In this document: positions 39,301-52,629 of the stretch, piece by piece | Position numbering within the stretch: the first letter of the stretch is position 1 | How the letters are laid out: each line of letters begins with the position of its first letter | DNA from: Euprymna scolopes | Taxonomy: Eukaryota | Assembly (NCBI GenBank): GCA_053919585.1 | Contig: CM132787.1 | Reading direction: 5' to 3' (one strand) | Length of the DNA: 64,000 nucleotides | Made by a program: the position numbers and the translations under genes | The notes under the pieces: model-generated | Databases searched by the model: none | Seen by the model: only the letters and a program-made list of their open reading frames with translations | Told to the model about the DNA's origin: nothing

Positions 39301-41452
39301 TATATGGGCAGCCGCCATAAGTGCATATGCCCAGAGGTTTTTGGGGGGTTTTGATTCAACGAGTAGACATCTTGCCATTTCAGAAAGTGTCCGCCATGCT
39401 CTTTCCACAGTCCCGTTTTGGTGTGGCAATTTAGGGGCCAATTTTTCATGCTTGATACGATGGTTAATTAGTAAAACTTCAAAGTCTTTATTAGTGAAGT
39501 CTGTACTGTTGTCAGAGCAAATACACTTTACTTCATCGTAGGAAGCCATGTCGGCTAAATATTTTTTAGTTGCTAGCAGGGTATCAGTTTTTTTCTTTAA
39601 AAACATAAACCATTATTAAACCTGAATTGTCATCTACGAAATTCAACACATATCTATAATGTTCTCTAGCCATCGGTTCCACAGGACCGTTCAAGTCACA
39701 ATGCACCAAGTGATAGGATTTTCGTGGCCTTCTTGTCTGGTATCTTATTTTGATAGTTTGTGATTTTTCCCTGCGTACAAACGTTGCAGTTAAAGTTTTT
39801 TGATGTTTGTATTTTCATTCCATCAACTACAGTCGGCAACTTTTTGATATCAGGAATATTTCAGTGCCCAAGAATTTTATGCCATGTCTGTAAATCATGG
39901 CAGGCAGTTTTTGATGGGACTACACTATTTAAATACTATAGTATTCCATTTTCTTTAACGTTGAATACAGTTCCATTCGGGTACACCAGTTTTGATTTAT
40001 TGGGGCTAAAGTTTATATTTGCACTTTGTGTAATGGCAGCTTGTACAGAAAATATATTTTGTTTAAATTTCGGGATTAGAAGAGCGTTTTCTAGAATACA
40101 GAAACATAGTTCATCTTTATCGTTCCTTAGCGAGATTTTAGCAATGCCTCTTTTCAAAACGATATCATTTACTTGACTGTCGTCGGCGAATTCTACAAAA
40201 TGATTCTGAAGCTTAAAGTTGGGATCAAAATTGATAAAATCAGATTCGTTCAAAATCACATTTGCTATTGCACCACAATCGACAAGAAAATTGTTACTTT
40301 TTGTTGAAGCGTCAAACGTACATGAAAACAAAACTGTATATTCACTAATGGAACTTTCCACATTTTTAATGGTGTCTCCTTTAAAAGTCCTGTACCTACA
40401 TTGGAAACTCTTGTGATTAGGTAGGCCACAATTATAGCAAAAAAATGTTGTACTTTTCTTAGGAGAAAAATTGTTTTTGGCAAAGTTGCGGTTTTTATTC
40501 CATGCATGGGTATAATTTAATTTTGGTGTCTTTATGTGTGCATTTTAAAATTTCATGATATTGGTAGATTCGTTTTTTTTTTCTGTGATCATTTTCTCAT
40601 TTTCCTCGTAACTTCTGAGTGCCACCTTGAATTGACTAAAAGTCATGGGTTTTTCTTTCTGGGTTATCACAGTGGTAAATGGCTTGAAATCCCTCTGTAA
40701 TCCCTTGAGGACCATAGAAATTAACAGACTGTTGCTGATAACTTCAGCAGACATTTTGAAAGAATTTGCAGTCGTTTCAGCTCTTATAATATAATCTGTA
40801 ATTGTTTCCACTTCCATTCATTTTAGAGATGTCAGTTCAGTATATAAAGAAATAATTTTGGGTTTTCCTTTTGATAAATAATACTCTCTCAATATGTTCA
40901 ATGCTTTGCAGCCATCATCCAGGGCTTCTCTAATTACCAGTGATAGACTTCAGTCATCTAAGCACTGTATTAATTCCATAAAGATAGTTGCGTTCTTTTC
41001 AATGAAGTCGGGGTCGTTTCTGTTTTCAAATCGTGTCTGAAGTAATTTGTGTAGCTTTGGACTCGTAGATATCCTAGAAATTTCACTTGCTACAATTTGA
41101 ATTTTGATTCGGATCCATTGAAATAAAGATGCACCCTGGGCCCATAACCTCTAGAGTTGTAAGCCATGTTTAGTTTCAGAACAGTTTCCGATGGTTAGTT
41201 GTTCTACATAAGTAGACAGTTCTTGAGTTGGAAGCCACAAAGAAAAAGATTCTTCCCGTGTTGATACAAAGAAAACATATGCGAGGTTGTTACAGAAAAG
41301 GTTTAATTTTTATGGAGCAACTCTGGTTTCTGATTGGTTGGTAGCAGAACGTGAATTAATTTGATTCGTCAGTTCCTAGCAGCATTGTTTATAAATAGAC
41401 TCTCCTGACTGTGCGGGATCATACCCCATTATCACCCAAAAATATTGCAACA
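36342..41452 (-). mobile_element. Decayed full-length Ty1/copia LTR retrotransposon (5' LTR 41150-41452, 3' LTR ~36342-36640)
   Basis: Domain order gag (CYNCGLPNHKSFQC), protease (LVDCGA), integrase (WHKILGH, HCDLNGP, HQNGTVER), RT (YGLKQ), RNase H (CEAEF, CDNQAS, ADVF); PPT agggagggg at 36641-36649; many frameshifts. Confidence 0.93.
41136..41149 (-). promoter_or_regulatory. Primer-binding site complementary to the anticodon arm of initiator tRNA-Met
   Basis: ggttatgggcccag, the half-tRNA PBS known from Drosophila copia. Confidence 0.85.
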
Positions 41453-41697
41453 GGTTCCAAAACGGCTGAGCCTATCTTTTGCAAATTTCACACAAAGGTA
41501 ATTTATATGCCTGGCAGTGTTCTTAGATATGTTTTATACAGAAATTTGTCCAATAAGTATCAAAAATTTTAAAAATATCTGATCCTAAAAATAGTCTTTC
41601 TTTCTTATAGATAAAAAAGAATTCTTACCGTTGCACCAGCAAGGGAGATAATATCTCAACAAATAATTTCTTAGGATAAACAGATTTGTAGACATCT

Positions 41698-41768
41698 GGA
41701 AGCATAGCTTGGTGGTAGAGCATTCGACTACAGATTGAATGATTCCATGTTTAAGCCCAGGTGTATTT
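41698..41768 (+). pseudogene. Degenerate tRNA-Cys-like sequence
   Basis: gcatagcttggtggtagagcattcgactacagat resembles tRNA-Cys(GCA); anticodon, T-arm and acceptor stem are mutated. Confidence 0.6.
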
Positions 41769-42505
41769 TATTTTAATTTTTTTTTTAATTATGAATTCAA
41801 TTTACGATAAAAGAAGAGGTACCATTTAAAATCGCTGCAAATCATTTCTTTGTTTGCATCTTTTAAAATTAAACATTAATCAGAAGTGAGCTTCCAGGGC
41901 ATTCATCATCAAGCCCAAATATCAGCTGATGCAATATTGTAAACAAACACAGACAGAATTTGAACTACATTATCATTATTATTTACTTTATGTTTTTTTG
42001 GGGGGTTTTTTTGCGAATTAGTCCACTGGGCAAATTATTCCTCATGATATATAATAATCAATAAAGGATTGATTCTATAATAATACATACGCAATCTGCA
42101 TAAATTAAAATGTTGTTTAAGTGTATAGTATGACCAAGCAACATTGGGCGTCCAGCTAATTTACTATAAAAAGAAAAATCCAGTTTGATGTCTACTTGCT
42201 CTGAATCATTAAAAAGATTCAACGTGTTAGCTTTTAAAAATAATCTTATATAAACAAAGTTGCATGAAAAGTAATGAGGTTTTTGCACAATGTTTAGGCT
42301 GACTTGATCTAATAATTATTGATTACATTATGATTAATTTTCATTTACCACGAGATTACATTTTTTTTTTTTTTTTTTTTTTACTTATTCAAAGCCTGCA
42401 TTTTTAATTATACATTTTGAAAATTGGTTTCTAAACAAAACATTTTCTCATTTCCGATAAACTTTGAAAGTTCATAACTTGATGCCTAATTGTGCTACCA
42501 ATCTA

Positions 42506-43396
42506 CAAGGTGGAACGATAAAATTGTCGCCCTAAAGAAAACAATACTACAGCTTTATTTTAAAACTTTTATTGAAAAAAATCAATTCAGATAACTTGAT
42601 TATATAGTAGAGCTGACATCCATTCAATTAGCCGCCTTCAGCCTCAATCACCGCCTCGATACAGGTTCGGAACTGGGAGCATGCCTTTTCCACAAATGCC
42701 AGTGAGAGCTCAACGAATACTTGGCAATCAGGTTGGCTTTAGTGTTGTGGGAGGTCATGTTGGTGATGTTCCCAATCAATGACCAAACAAATTAATCCAT
42801 TGGATACAGGTCAGAGGAGGAAGGAGGGAGCCAGTGAGAGAAGAGTACAAAATCGTAGCACTTCTTTCTGAAGTCAAGCCTAAGTCTCTTTGGACTTGTG
42901 GGCTAGCGTCGGGTCCTGCTGCCACACCCAGAGTCTGTCAGCGGCCACCTGATTGCACCAGGGGATCATTACACTCTTCAACACGTCCAGGTACACTTTG
43001 GTGTTGACTTTCAAGCCGACTTTAAAGATGTGAGGTGGCATGATGTGGCCTTCACTTGAAACCACACCAAAAACCATAATCGTGGCTGGAAACTTTGTTG
43101 AGCTGTGCCCTCAAGCGTTGAACCATCCAGATTTGCATTTTGAAGGTGTTGGCTGGCAATGGTTCTGTTTTCATAACTTGGATTGGTAGAGAGTATGAGT
43201 TGTATAGCGGTGCATCTATGATCTCATTGAACATTGTGCCACTTTCAGACATGATAGAAGGCTTCTATTGCTCTTGGGATTTGTACACAACTGGTCAACT
43301 AGTAGATGATCTGCAGCAAAAAATGAAAATTAGTTTTCATCAAATGGAAATGGAATCATGTGGTCTTATTTAGGATAACAATTTTATCATTGTCTG
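42506..43396 (-). mobile_element. Internally deleted mariner-like (DD37D/maT-like) transposon
   Basis: MVFGVVSSEG...WQQD...PPSSSDLYPMD with about 37-38 residues between the last two Asp; TIR remnants ta|caaggtggaacgataaaattgtcgccctaaa and tttaggataacaattttatcattgtctg|ta. Confidence 0.8.
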
Positions 43397-44019
43397 TAAA
43401 TTTTGCTTTCATTGTTTTGCAAAAATGAATGTGACCACATTAAAAGTTTTTAGATATAATGAAAATAAATTTAGGTTTGGGATAGCTACTAATGAAAGTG
43501 AATTTTTGGTCTCAAGACATCAACAAACCAAGCTTTTCCAGCAACAAGGGTTTTGGACAAATGATCTTCTGTAAAAGAAGAATCCACTAGCAATAACCAG
43601 GGATCAAACTATTTGTCTAGATGTCTTATAAAGCAAAGGTACTATTTTTAGTACTTCAAAAAACTCATTGATGTGGAAATTGTGTTGCCACACGAACTTA
43701 GGGCCTACACGTTTTTGTGCACCTTTGAGATAAATCTTATGGTATATGCATGGTTTCAGCATCTAGTGAATGCCAGAATACAATTAAAGGATTCAAGACC
43801 AGACGATGTTACATTCATGATCTTGCAGTTGAGGATCACATTTAACTTTTAATCCACTGTGACTGTGGGCAATAGTTCATGAGAGAGTAGAGGTTATACT
43901 GGCATTTGTTGGTTTGTACAAATTATCAACCAACTTATCTCTGGCCAAGTACTTATTTATCCCTCTTTCTCTAAAATCCATCTGTATCATTTCCTCCCAC
44001 ACATTCTCTAGCCACACTT

Positions 44020-44700
44020 AATTATCATCATCATCATAATAATCATCATCATCATCTTCATAATAATAATTATAATCTATTTAACATTCATTTTGCATGC
44101 TGGCATTTGTTGGACGGTTTATAAAAATTCCAAACCAATTTGGCTCGGTATTTATTTGTCCATCTTTCTCTCAAATATGACCTTATCATTTCATCTCCAG
44201 CTTTCCTTGATCTTCCACTGTCAAATGCCCTTCTATCCCAACAGTTTACATTTACATAACTATAATAATTATTATCTATGCTTTCAACATGGCCATACCA
44301 TTAATGTTTTCCATTCTGCATACATCTCCCTATATTTTTGTTTATTTATTTATGTTTTTTTGAAAATTCCGTTTTCACCTAAAAAAAAGGCACAGTGCCA
44401 CTTTGATGTAGGGGGCTACAATCGGGGACATAAGTTAGTAGCAAGATGTCTGTTCACATTACACTTGAACTTCTGCATGTCAGTAAAGTTGGGAAAGCAG
44501 AATCCCAGGAGGGAGTCCAAAGTCTAGCAGTTCTGGAGAAGAAACTACCCAAATTTAATCAGGTTTAACCTTTCTTTAAGATTTATGATTATTTCTCTCC
44601 ATGCAACGCATGTCTTCAATTCTCACTGTTCAGGTTTCACTTCCATATATCATCACACTGTGTACACATGTCTGGTTGGTCAACAGTGGTAATGTTCTGC
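44020..44700 (-). mobile_element. RTE-like LINE 3' fragment interrupted by a CR1 family B 3' end (44330-44550)
   Basis: VMIYGSET*TVRIEDMRCMERN at 44590-44668, (GAT)n tail at 44020-44060, family B tail gtggcactgtgcc at ~44390. Confidence 0.55.
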
Positions 44701-45298
44701 TAGATAGTTTGGCAATGTTGCGCATTCCAGATGAATTGCATATCCCGGGTGAAGTCAGATGACCTTACTGGTAAAATTCTTACGAATAATTATGACTAGA
44801 AAACAAGTGACAGAAAGAAAAGCTGAAAAAATATCGGCCCTCAAAGTTGTTAGGTACAGGTCAAATACAGCTGTTGACAAACAAAAGACAAGATATTCTT
44901 GCAGTGAAATTATTCTGGAAAGGCGTTTTTTGATTTGAAAAAGACAAAAAAGAAGAAAAGAGTTGTGAAATAGAGTAAGAAGAGCAGGGAAAATTGGGTT
45001 GTTGTACACTTTCTATGTCAAAAAAAAAAAGAAAGAAAGAAAAAGTTTTTAAAAAGATAGATTAAGAAGCAACGAGAAAGTGAACAAAATGAGACTCAAT
45101 AAAAAGTAAAGATTTGGAGGCAAAAGAGAGACCCCCCCCTCCCCACCCACCCACCCCCAGAGATACTGAGAAGTCCACTACAATTATGGTGGCAAACTTA
45201 TCACGCCTGCAAACTAACCAATTGGCCCAAGTAACTTGAAAGTAAATTTAAACTGAAAAAAACTCTAGCCATCCGTAATCAGAAAGAAATATAAGCGA

Positions 45299-45353
<55 letters not shown>

Positions 45354-46664
45354 TATTTGAATATTTAACCGAATAAGAAAACGATTCTGAGTGACTTTGT
45401 TGTTATTCCTTCTTTGTCATTGTTTTGAAGTTTTTTGCAGACAGTTCCAGACTAAACTTTTCCAGTGATGAGTGCTTCCAGACAATTAGTGACCTTTGGT
45501 GAAAGAACAGATCACCAATACTGCTAGTGACCAGATAATTAAATTCAGACATCCCAGATAGTGGAAGTACCATTGGAGTGAAAATCGTGTTGCCATACGA
45601 ACTTAGGGTTTGCACATAACTGGGCATCTCTGAGTTAAATTCATTGAGATATGTGTAGTTCCAATGAATTGCCTTAATACTTTTAAAGGATCTGAGACTA
45701 GATAAAGTTATATTTGTAGCCCATAGCTACTGTGGATAATAACCCGTGAGGTCCTTTGGTCATTACTGTGAGACATATGTTACATTTATTGTCACCTGAT
45801 GTAAAATACATCTGCCATGTGTCATTTATAGTGTACACCTGTAATTACTCCAGCTTAATCTTTAGCAATCACACTAACACCAGTCCATCATTGTGCTTCA
45901 ATGATATCACTTCGGTAACAAAACTCTCACAACTTCAATATACTTTCTCCACATCTGAGTTGTCATCCATCCTCATTGTCTTACACTTCTTGCACAGAGA
46001 CTCTCTATCATTTCATTTTTGAAATTGCATTTATTTTATCTGTAAAATAGCATTTCCATACGTATTCACAAATCTCTTTGAAAATGCGCTCTCCGTCTGT
46101 TGGTTGGTCATATTTAATAAAAATATCTGTCTACTTACTTTAACGTAGATGTCAGGTTGTTTTTATCATTTACATTTATTGATATGTCCTTATTGTGTTC
46201 CATGTCTTAATCCTTCATTGAATCCTCATATGACACAAGCACGTTATGGCCCTTGGTTGATTCCAGAAAGGTTAGAAAGAATTGGCAGGCCAGTTACGCC
46301 AGATGTGAGTAGCTTAATTTTTATCAAAATGGAGAATATCGATATTATCCAGATATAAATATCCTACTCCAACTCTCTCATTGGATTATGTTTTACATAT
46401 GTTATGAACAAGGGTGCATTACGCTTTCATTTTAAAATGGTAAATTTAATTGGCAACTATGAAAGTATCATATAAAACCTTTCTTTTTTTCTTTGTTTGA
46501 AAAGAACTTTTCATGTAGACGTTTTAAAAATGATCACATTTTGAATCACATATGTTGGGTCATATTTTTAGCAAACAGCTCTACTTTGTAGCACTCCTAA
46601 CCCAACATATAAGAAATACTGTGATGCGAAAAGTAATGCTAAATACAATTTATTCAATATTTTC

Positions 46665-46995
46665 CTTTGCAAACAGCAAATCACTTATATGGGATGAGAT
46701 GAGTGTCGACAATTTTGCACCCTCATCACTTACAGAATTGGTAGCAAACCCTGGACATGCAGCTGTGGCAGCAGAAAATTACAAAACAATTAAACTATGA
46801 AACTTTTCTTTGACAGATTTGTGTTTCAACCAATGAATGTAGTGTGATCGGCCTTGCCACATGCAACTTCCTCAACAGACTGGATCTGTTAATTATACAG
46901 CACACTGGAAACAAACGTGAATTGACTTTATACACGCATTTCCATTGCGACTACTTGTGAAAACACTTTGAGTCATCTCTCAGCCTGCTAAACAA
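46665..46995 (+). mobile_element. C-terminal fragment of an RLE-type non-LTR element (CRE-like)
   Basis: KSLIWD...VDNFAPS...AAVAAENYK, then FVFQP and RISIA in shifted frames. Confidence 0.55.
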
Positions 46996-48049
46996 CAAGA
47001 ACATTTGATGAAACTTCCTGATATTTGCATGTTGGTTTCGATGATCATTTTATTAATTATTTGCCCCCCCCCCCATTTTTCTTCTCAAACTTTTTTTAGT
47101 TTACTATTATTCAATGCTTGTCATTACATTCCTCAAATTTTGTTGGACATTTTCCCATTTGGATTAGTAGTTCTCTCCCTTGTTTTTTTGTTTTTTTTTA
47201 CTTTTCAAGTGTGTATACTTTTTACTATAATCAAAAGTTTAACATGTTGAATAAATCTTTCTACATTAGTATTCATAAATTTATGATGAACATATACAAA
47301 AACCCTAAACACAACATTATGCATAACATGCATAAAGCGTAGTCAATATTCATAGATAATGGCCGATCTCGACCTTAGAATATGGCGTAACAGTCACATA
47401 TTTTGATGTATTATTTTCTCTTGATGTAAATAGACAGGATCTATTCCTAAGTGATTGACCAATCTATCACTCAATTGGTTTGGCATATGAATACAATTTA
47501 TTGAACTAGTTTTTCAAAGTGCCCATGCAAGTGTTTTACCACCAACAGTTAAAGAGTTGTACAAATCAGATGTGTTAAGGCTGGTCCCTTCCAAATCGTC
47601 AGCCTAGAATGGTATCTCCTTTTTGTAAAGATTACTATTAGTTTTAAATTCCTTTTCAGTGTTGCCAAAAAGAAAGATATTTTCTCTTAATTAACAATAG
47701 CATCATCTACTTTTTCATCTCTGAATTGGAGAGAGATTTTTTTTTCCGAACATGGAACCAATATGGTGCTGGCTGCTGCCTTTCTGAGACAGGCTTTCAA
47801 GGATAGTTGCTTTCTTTCACACATGATGCTTGTCTGTTTGATATGCGACCTAATGTTTGCAAGAGTGAGTAATCGTGATAACAAACTGGCTGACTATGCT
47901 TGAAAAGTTATTTTATATAAGGTTTCAATTAGATCCTGGCAGCAATGTAATTTTTTTTTTTTCAAGTCATTTTTCCTTGTATTAAATGGGAGAAATCTTG
48001 GCTTTTCTAATAAAAAAAATTAAATGTAATGTGAATAAACATCTTGCTC

Positions 48050-48400
48050 AGGTTTTGTAAATGCTCACCAGCCGTGAAATCAACGGATCTGATGTAGATC
48101 TATAATTTCAGGTCAGGGGTGAAGTGAAGATCCATTCCAGAAGTTTGTCAAAGGAGAGTGCATCCTCAAGATGAGTCAGTCATTTAAACTGGGGTCAAGT
48201 GGGGAGTTGAGCATTGGTGGTGAAAGGATAGAAGTTTGGTTTTGGATGCATTAAATATAACTTGATACTTTTTTAACCAATTGTACTTCAGGTCAAAGGA
48301 GAGAAAATCAGAAAGATTTTGGTTATTGTTGATCTTTGAAGTGTTGCCATAGATGGTAGTATCGTCAGCATAGATGTCGACAAATGATCATAGAACATAA
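48050..48400 (-). mobile_element. CR1-group family A RT fragment
   Basis: FVDIYADDTTIYGNTSK on the minus strand, homologous to 1030-1340. Confidence 0.75.
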
Positions 48401-48667
48401 TCTTATTGTCAGTCACTGTTCAGATTGCCCTCCTATACTAAAACTTTTCTAATGTTTATGAATATCTAATTACCCTTCATGATATTTGTATGTGAATAAT
48501 ACTGATATTCTTCATTTTACTAGATGTTAAGCAACTGACGTCCTAATTCTGTCTAATCTTTTTTGAGTCAACGGTCATAAGTTGCCTGTGTCATGTGATC
48601 GTTGCCTCATCTCCATACTTATATACACTTATATATATACATATATATACATATTTTTATGTTTCAG

Positions 48668-49134
48668 GCAAAACCTTCTTGGTCTTGGTTAAATGGTACC
48701 ACCTTGTCAGATAACATCACCCTTGTAACGGCCTACTTTGATTTAGGCAGTTTTCAAAAAGGTCGCTACAGTGTTAACACGCGTACAAAGTATAAGAAAT
48801 GGATGTCGGTCTACGCCCGCATCCTTAACCCAGTCGTAATATTCACCGATTCCAAAGATGTATACGACGAGTTTGCAAAACTCCGAGCCCAGCATTCCAC
48901 TCAGCACATCACAAAAATGTTTCTTGTCAAGAGGGAAGACTTGTGGGCTTTCCAGATTAAATCTAAAATCAACAAAATTTTCCAACAGGACGGTTATCCA
49001 GTACATCATCCAAATACAGTCATCGCTGATTATTCATGCGCAATGCATGCCAAGATTGAATTCTTGCAAAAATCTGTTGATAATAACTTTTTTCTTACCA
49101 AATACTTCATGTGGATTGACATTGGTTATTTCAG
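48668..49134 (+). CDS. Third coding exon: HtrL/YibB (WlaTC/HtrL-type putative glycosyltransferase) domain
   Basis: Acceptor tttttatgtttcAG ending at 48667, donor AG|GTAAGT at 49135. Motifs ITLVTAYFDLG, VVIFTD, YSCAMHAKIEFL and NNFFLTKYFMWIDIGYFR resemble the HtrL_YibB family (recognised by eye, no search run). Confidence 0.8.
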
Positions 49135-49150
49135 GTAAGTTTTAGAGTGA

Positions 49151-49424
49151 TCATGTAGCATGCATTTTGAAAGAGTTATCATGTAGCATGCGTTTTGAAA
49201 GAGTTGTCATGTAGCACGCGTTTGGAAAGAGTTGTCATGTAGCACGCGTTTGAAAAGAGTTGTCATGTAGCACGCGTTTGGAAAGAGTTGTCATGTAGCA
49301 CGCGTTTGGAAAGAGTTGTCATGTAGCACGCGTTTGGAAAGAGTTGTCATGTAGCACGCGTTTGGAAAGAGTTGTCATGTAGCACGCGTTTGGAAAGAGT
49401 TGTCATGTAGCATGCGTTTTGAAA
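49151..49424. repeat. 28-bp minisatellite, about 10 copies (tcatgtagcacgcgtttggaaagagttg)
   Basis: Exact 28-bp period starting 16 nt after the exon 3 donor. Confidence 0.95.
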
Positions 49425-50511
49425 GTAGTATTTTAATAAAGGATTAAATTTTATTATTCAGAGTCCACAAACTACAAACGACAAGACCGTGTCATTTTCA
49501 TATTAGAAAAAAGGAAGATAATCTCTGACAAGCTTAGCATGACACAAATTCCATTCCGAGTTTGTGAACTACAAATAGTAAATTACTTTTTTTTCCTATT
49601 TTATTTTGTACTGCCATATTTCAATAAAAATAAGCACCTAATGTCTTTTTTCAATTACAAATTTGCAATAATTCTATTTCTACTGAATGAATTAAGCTCA
49701 AAATTGTTTTATTTTAAAAGCCTATATAAAATCTATATTTAAAAATATTTCACTAAACTTTTTGTAATATATTTTTATTTTTCTTATTTTATATCAAGTT
49801 AAAAAAGAAAAATGCATTGGTATAAAACATATATACAAATATATGCATCCTAAAAATAGTTGTCCAGCATCTTTGGGAAATCTGTGTCATAGAGTAGTTG
49901 TGGTTTTAATTACAGATAATTGTATAAACATTTATAAACTTGTATTATTGTTTGACCCAGATTTCCACTTGTCTATGGATACAAAACCACTTGGATATGA
50001 ATGTTTACTTTTTAATAAAGTTTATTACTATTATGACTGGGAATGTTGGCATATCATTGCTATTAATGCTTTGCAGAAGATTATACTCAAATGTGTAACA
50101 CATGAATGATAGAAAGTAGTGGGAGAAATGATGATACTCATAGTTGACTTGCCATGGAGTTTTTATTTTAAAAGAAAGCATCACATAGAATGATACAAAT
50201 TACATATATCAGTCTTAGTCTGATATTAGTTGAGTTTGTGTGTAACAACTATGATGGACAGAAGTAATATATCTCATTTATCCGGGTTCAAAATCATCCA
50301 TCTCTTGGCGTCTGTCTCATCCTGTTCTCACATCGCCATGCAAGAACTCGCATAACAAATGGAGGAGCCAATTCTGCCTAAAACAGAAAAGGGGAGTTAG
50401 CTCCCCTTGATCATAGTTTTATCATCATATCAGTTAAAAAGAGAACAGTCACAAAAAAATTCAGAATAACAAGTTACTTTCATACGTGTGAATGAGAGTA
50501 TGAAACAAAGA

Positions 50512-51628
50512 TGGATAACTCACTTTGTTACATCCAGTTATGTTGCATACGTTTACACCCTCATTGGATAACTCACTTTGTTACATCCAGTTATGCTGCA
50601 TACGTTTACACCCTCATTGGATAACTCACTTTGTTACATCCAGTTATGCTGCATACGTTTACACCCTCATTGGATAACTCACTTTGTTACATCCAGTTAT
50701 GTTGCATACGTTTACACCCTCATTGGATAACTCACTTTGTTACATCCAGTTATGCTGCATACGTTTACACCCTCATTGGATAACTCACTTTGTTACATCC
50801 AGTTATGCTGCATACGTTTACACCCTCATTGGATAACTCACTTTGTTACATCCAGTTATGCTGCATACGTTTACACCCTCATTGGATAACTCACTTTGTT
50901 ACATCCAGTTATGCTGCATACGTTTACACCCTCATTGGATAACTCACTTTGTTACATCCAGAGATGCTGCATACGTTTACACCCTCATTGGATAACTCAC
51001 TTTGTTACATCCAGTTATGCTGCATACGTTTACACCCTCATTGGATAACTCACTTTGTTACATCCAGTTATGCTGCATACGTTTACACCCTCATTGGATA
51101 ACTCACTTTGTTACATCCAGTTATGCTGCATACGTTTACACCCTCATTGGATAACTCACTTTGTTACATCCAGTTATGCTGCATACGTTTACACCCTCAT
51201 TGGATAACTCACTTTGTTACATCCAGTTATGCTGCATACGTTTACACCCTCATTGGATAACTCACTTTGTTACATCCAGTTATGCTGCATACGTTTACAC
51301 CCTCATTGGATAACTCACTTTGTTACATCCAGTTATGCTGCATACGTTTACACCCTCATTGGATAACTCACTTTGTTACATCCAGTTATGCTGCATACGT
51401 TTACACCCTCATTGGATAACTCACTTTGTTACATCCAGTTATGCTGCATACGTTTACACCCTCATTGGATAACTCACTTTGTTACATCCAGAGATGCTGC
51501 ATACGTTTACACCCTCATTGGATAACTCACTTTGTTACATCCAGTTATGCTGCATACGTTTACACCCTCATTGGATAACTCACTTTGTTACATCCAGTTA
51601 TGCTGCATACGTTTACACCCTCATTGGA
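50512..51628. repeat. 53-bp minisatellite, about 21 near-identical copies
   Basis: Unit tggataactcactttgttacatccagttatgctgcatacgtttacaccctcat. Confidence 0.97.
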
Positions 51629-52629
51629 GATGCCATTGTTTCTTGTTTGACCTCTCAGCAGAAAATTTCCCCTTCCACATGGTTTCTTGACTTTCGTTAT
51701 TTCTGACCGTCAAAAAATGTTGCTCAAACTCTTTCTTTCAAACATAGTCCTTGTTATGTAACAGTTAAAACAGTTGACAGTACAGATTGTGCATGTAGCA
51801 ACAGAAGCCTCAATATAATGCCAGGTGAAATGAATTTTCATAAGCTATATTGCCTTTTTTATTCATAGTATTATATGTTAAAATAAGTTGCTCTTAGCCT
51901 TCGTTATTCTAGTATAAATAGGTTCAGCAATAGAAGCATCTACTCATAAATAAGTGATTAAGTATTGTATGCATTTGAGGTAAAGAATGCAGTACAGATC
52001 AAAGATATATAGAAGGAGAAATATATTGCTGAACAGATTGAGGACGGATCTATGGACATGGAAAAGAATTCTTAGACTTTTATTTTTAGCATCAGAATAT
52101 TAGATTGATTGTATAAAAGGAGTCAGCCATCACACCCAAATCCCTTGTAAATGATACCATCCTCAGGGGCTGGCTGGCTGGCTGGTAGAGCAATTGAGAA
52201 AAGGAGTATCAAAAAGAATACCGATTGGCAAATGAATGTACTCTGAAGTATTGAAAAAATTTGGTCCCAGTACAACAGTCAAGGCCAAACTAATAAAAGA
52301 CAAATGTTGCTATGATAAATTGAACCAAAGTTAAAAGCAAGTGTGATTTTTACTTTTTTTGTTGCCTTGAACTTTGACATAGATATTCTAAAATTAAATT
52401 TGTTCAAAGTTAGTTGATATTTTTTTTACAAAGCTTGGTGACAATAAGCAAAGTAATCTGCACACTGATTTGCATATGAACACTAAATTGTCAACTGGAA
52501 CTAGCTCCTATACTTAAAAAGTTGTTTAAATGTTGTCTTAAGGAGAGAAGCTTTTCAACACCTTGGAAAACATTGGCAGTCTGAGCAGTATTTAAAAATA
52601 CAGATCAGTCTTCTGCATCACAGTACAGA

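Larger units (their letters stand above)
36273..41545 (+). mobile_element. Helitron-like element split by the copia insertion (parts 36273-~36345 and 41453-~41545)
   Basis: The joined halves match the reverse complement of 15300-15425 (tctactattatataaaag...aaacggct...aaattt...acaaaggta...tgcctggcagtgtt). Confidence 0.65.

Noticed and set aside
45370-46010. Possible RTE-like RT fragment on the minus strand
   Set aside because: Too decayed; only a VVESFCY-like motif is visible.
48602-48667. N-terminus of the 178-aa ORF as a single-exon bacterial-like gene
   Set aside because: It starts at TTG and runs through a TA-rich tract; the conserved part is bounded by splice sites and the stop codon lies within the donor.
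50512-51628. Possible CRISPR arrays (also 16455-17757 and 49151-49424)
   Set aside because: Head-to-tail repeats with no unique spacers, no cas genes and a eukaryotic context.
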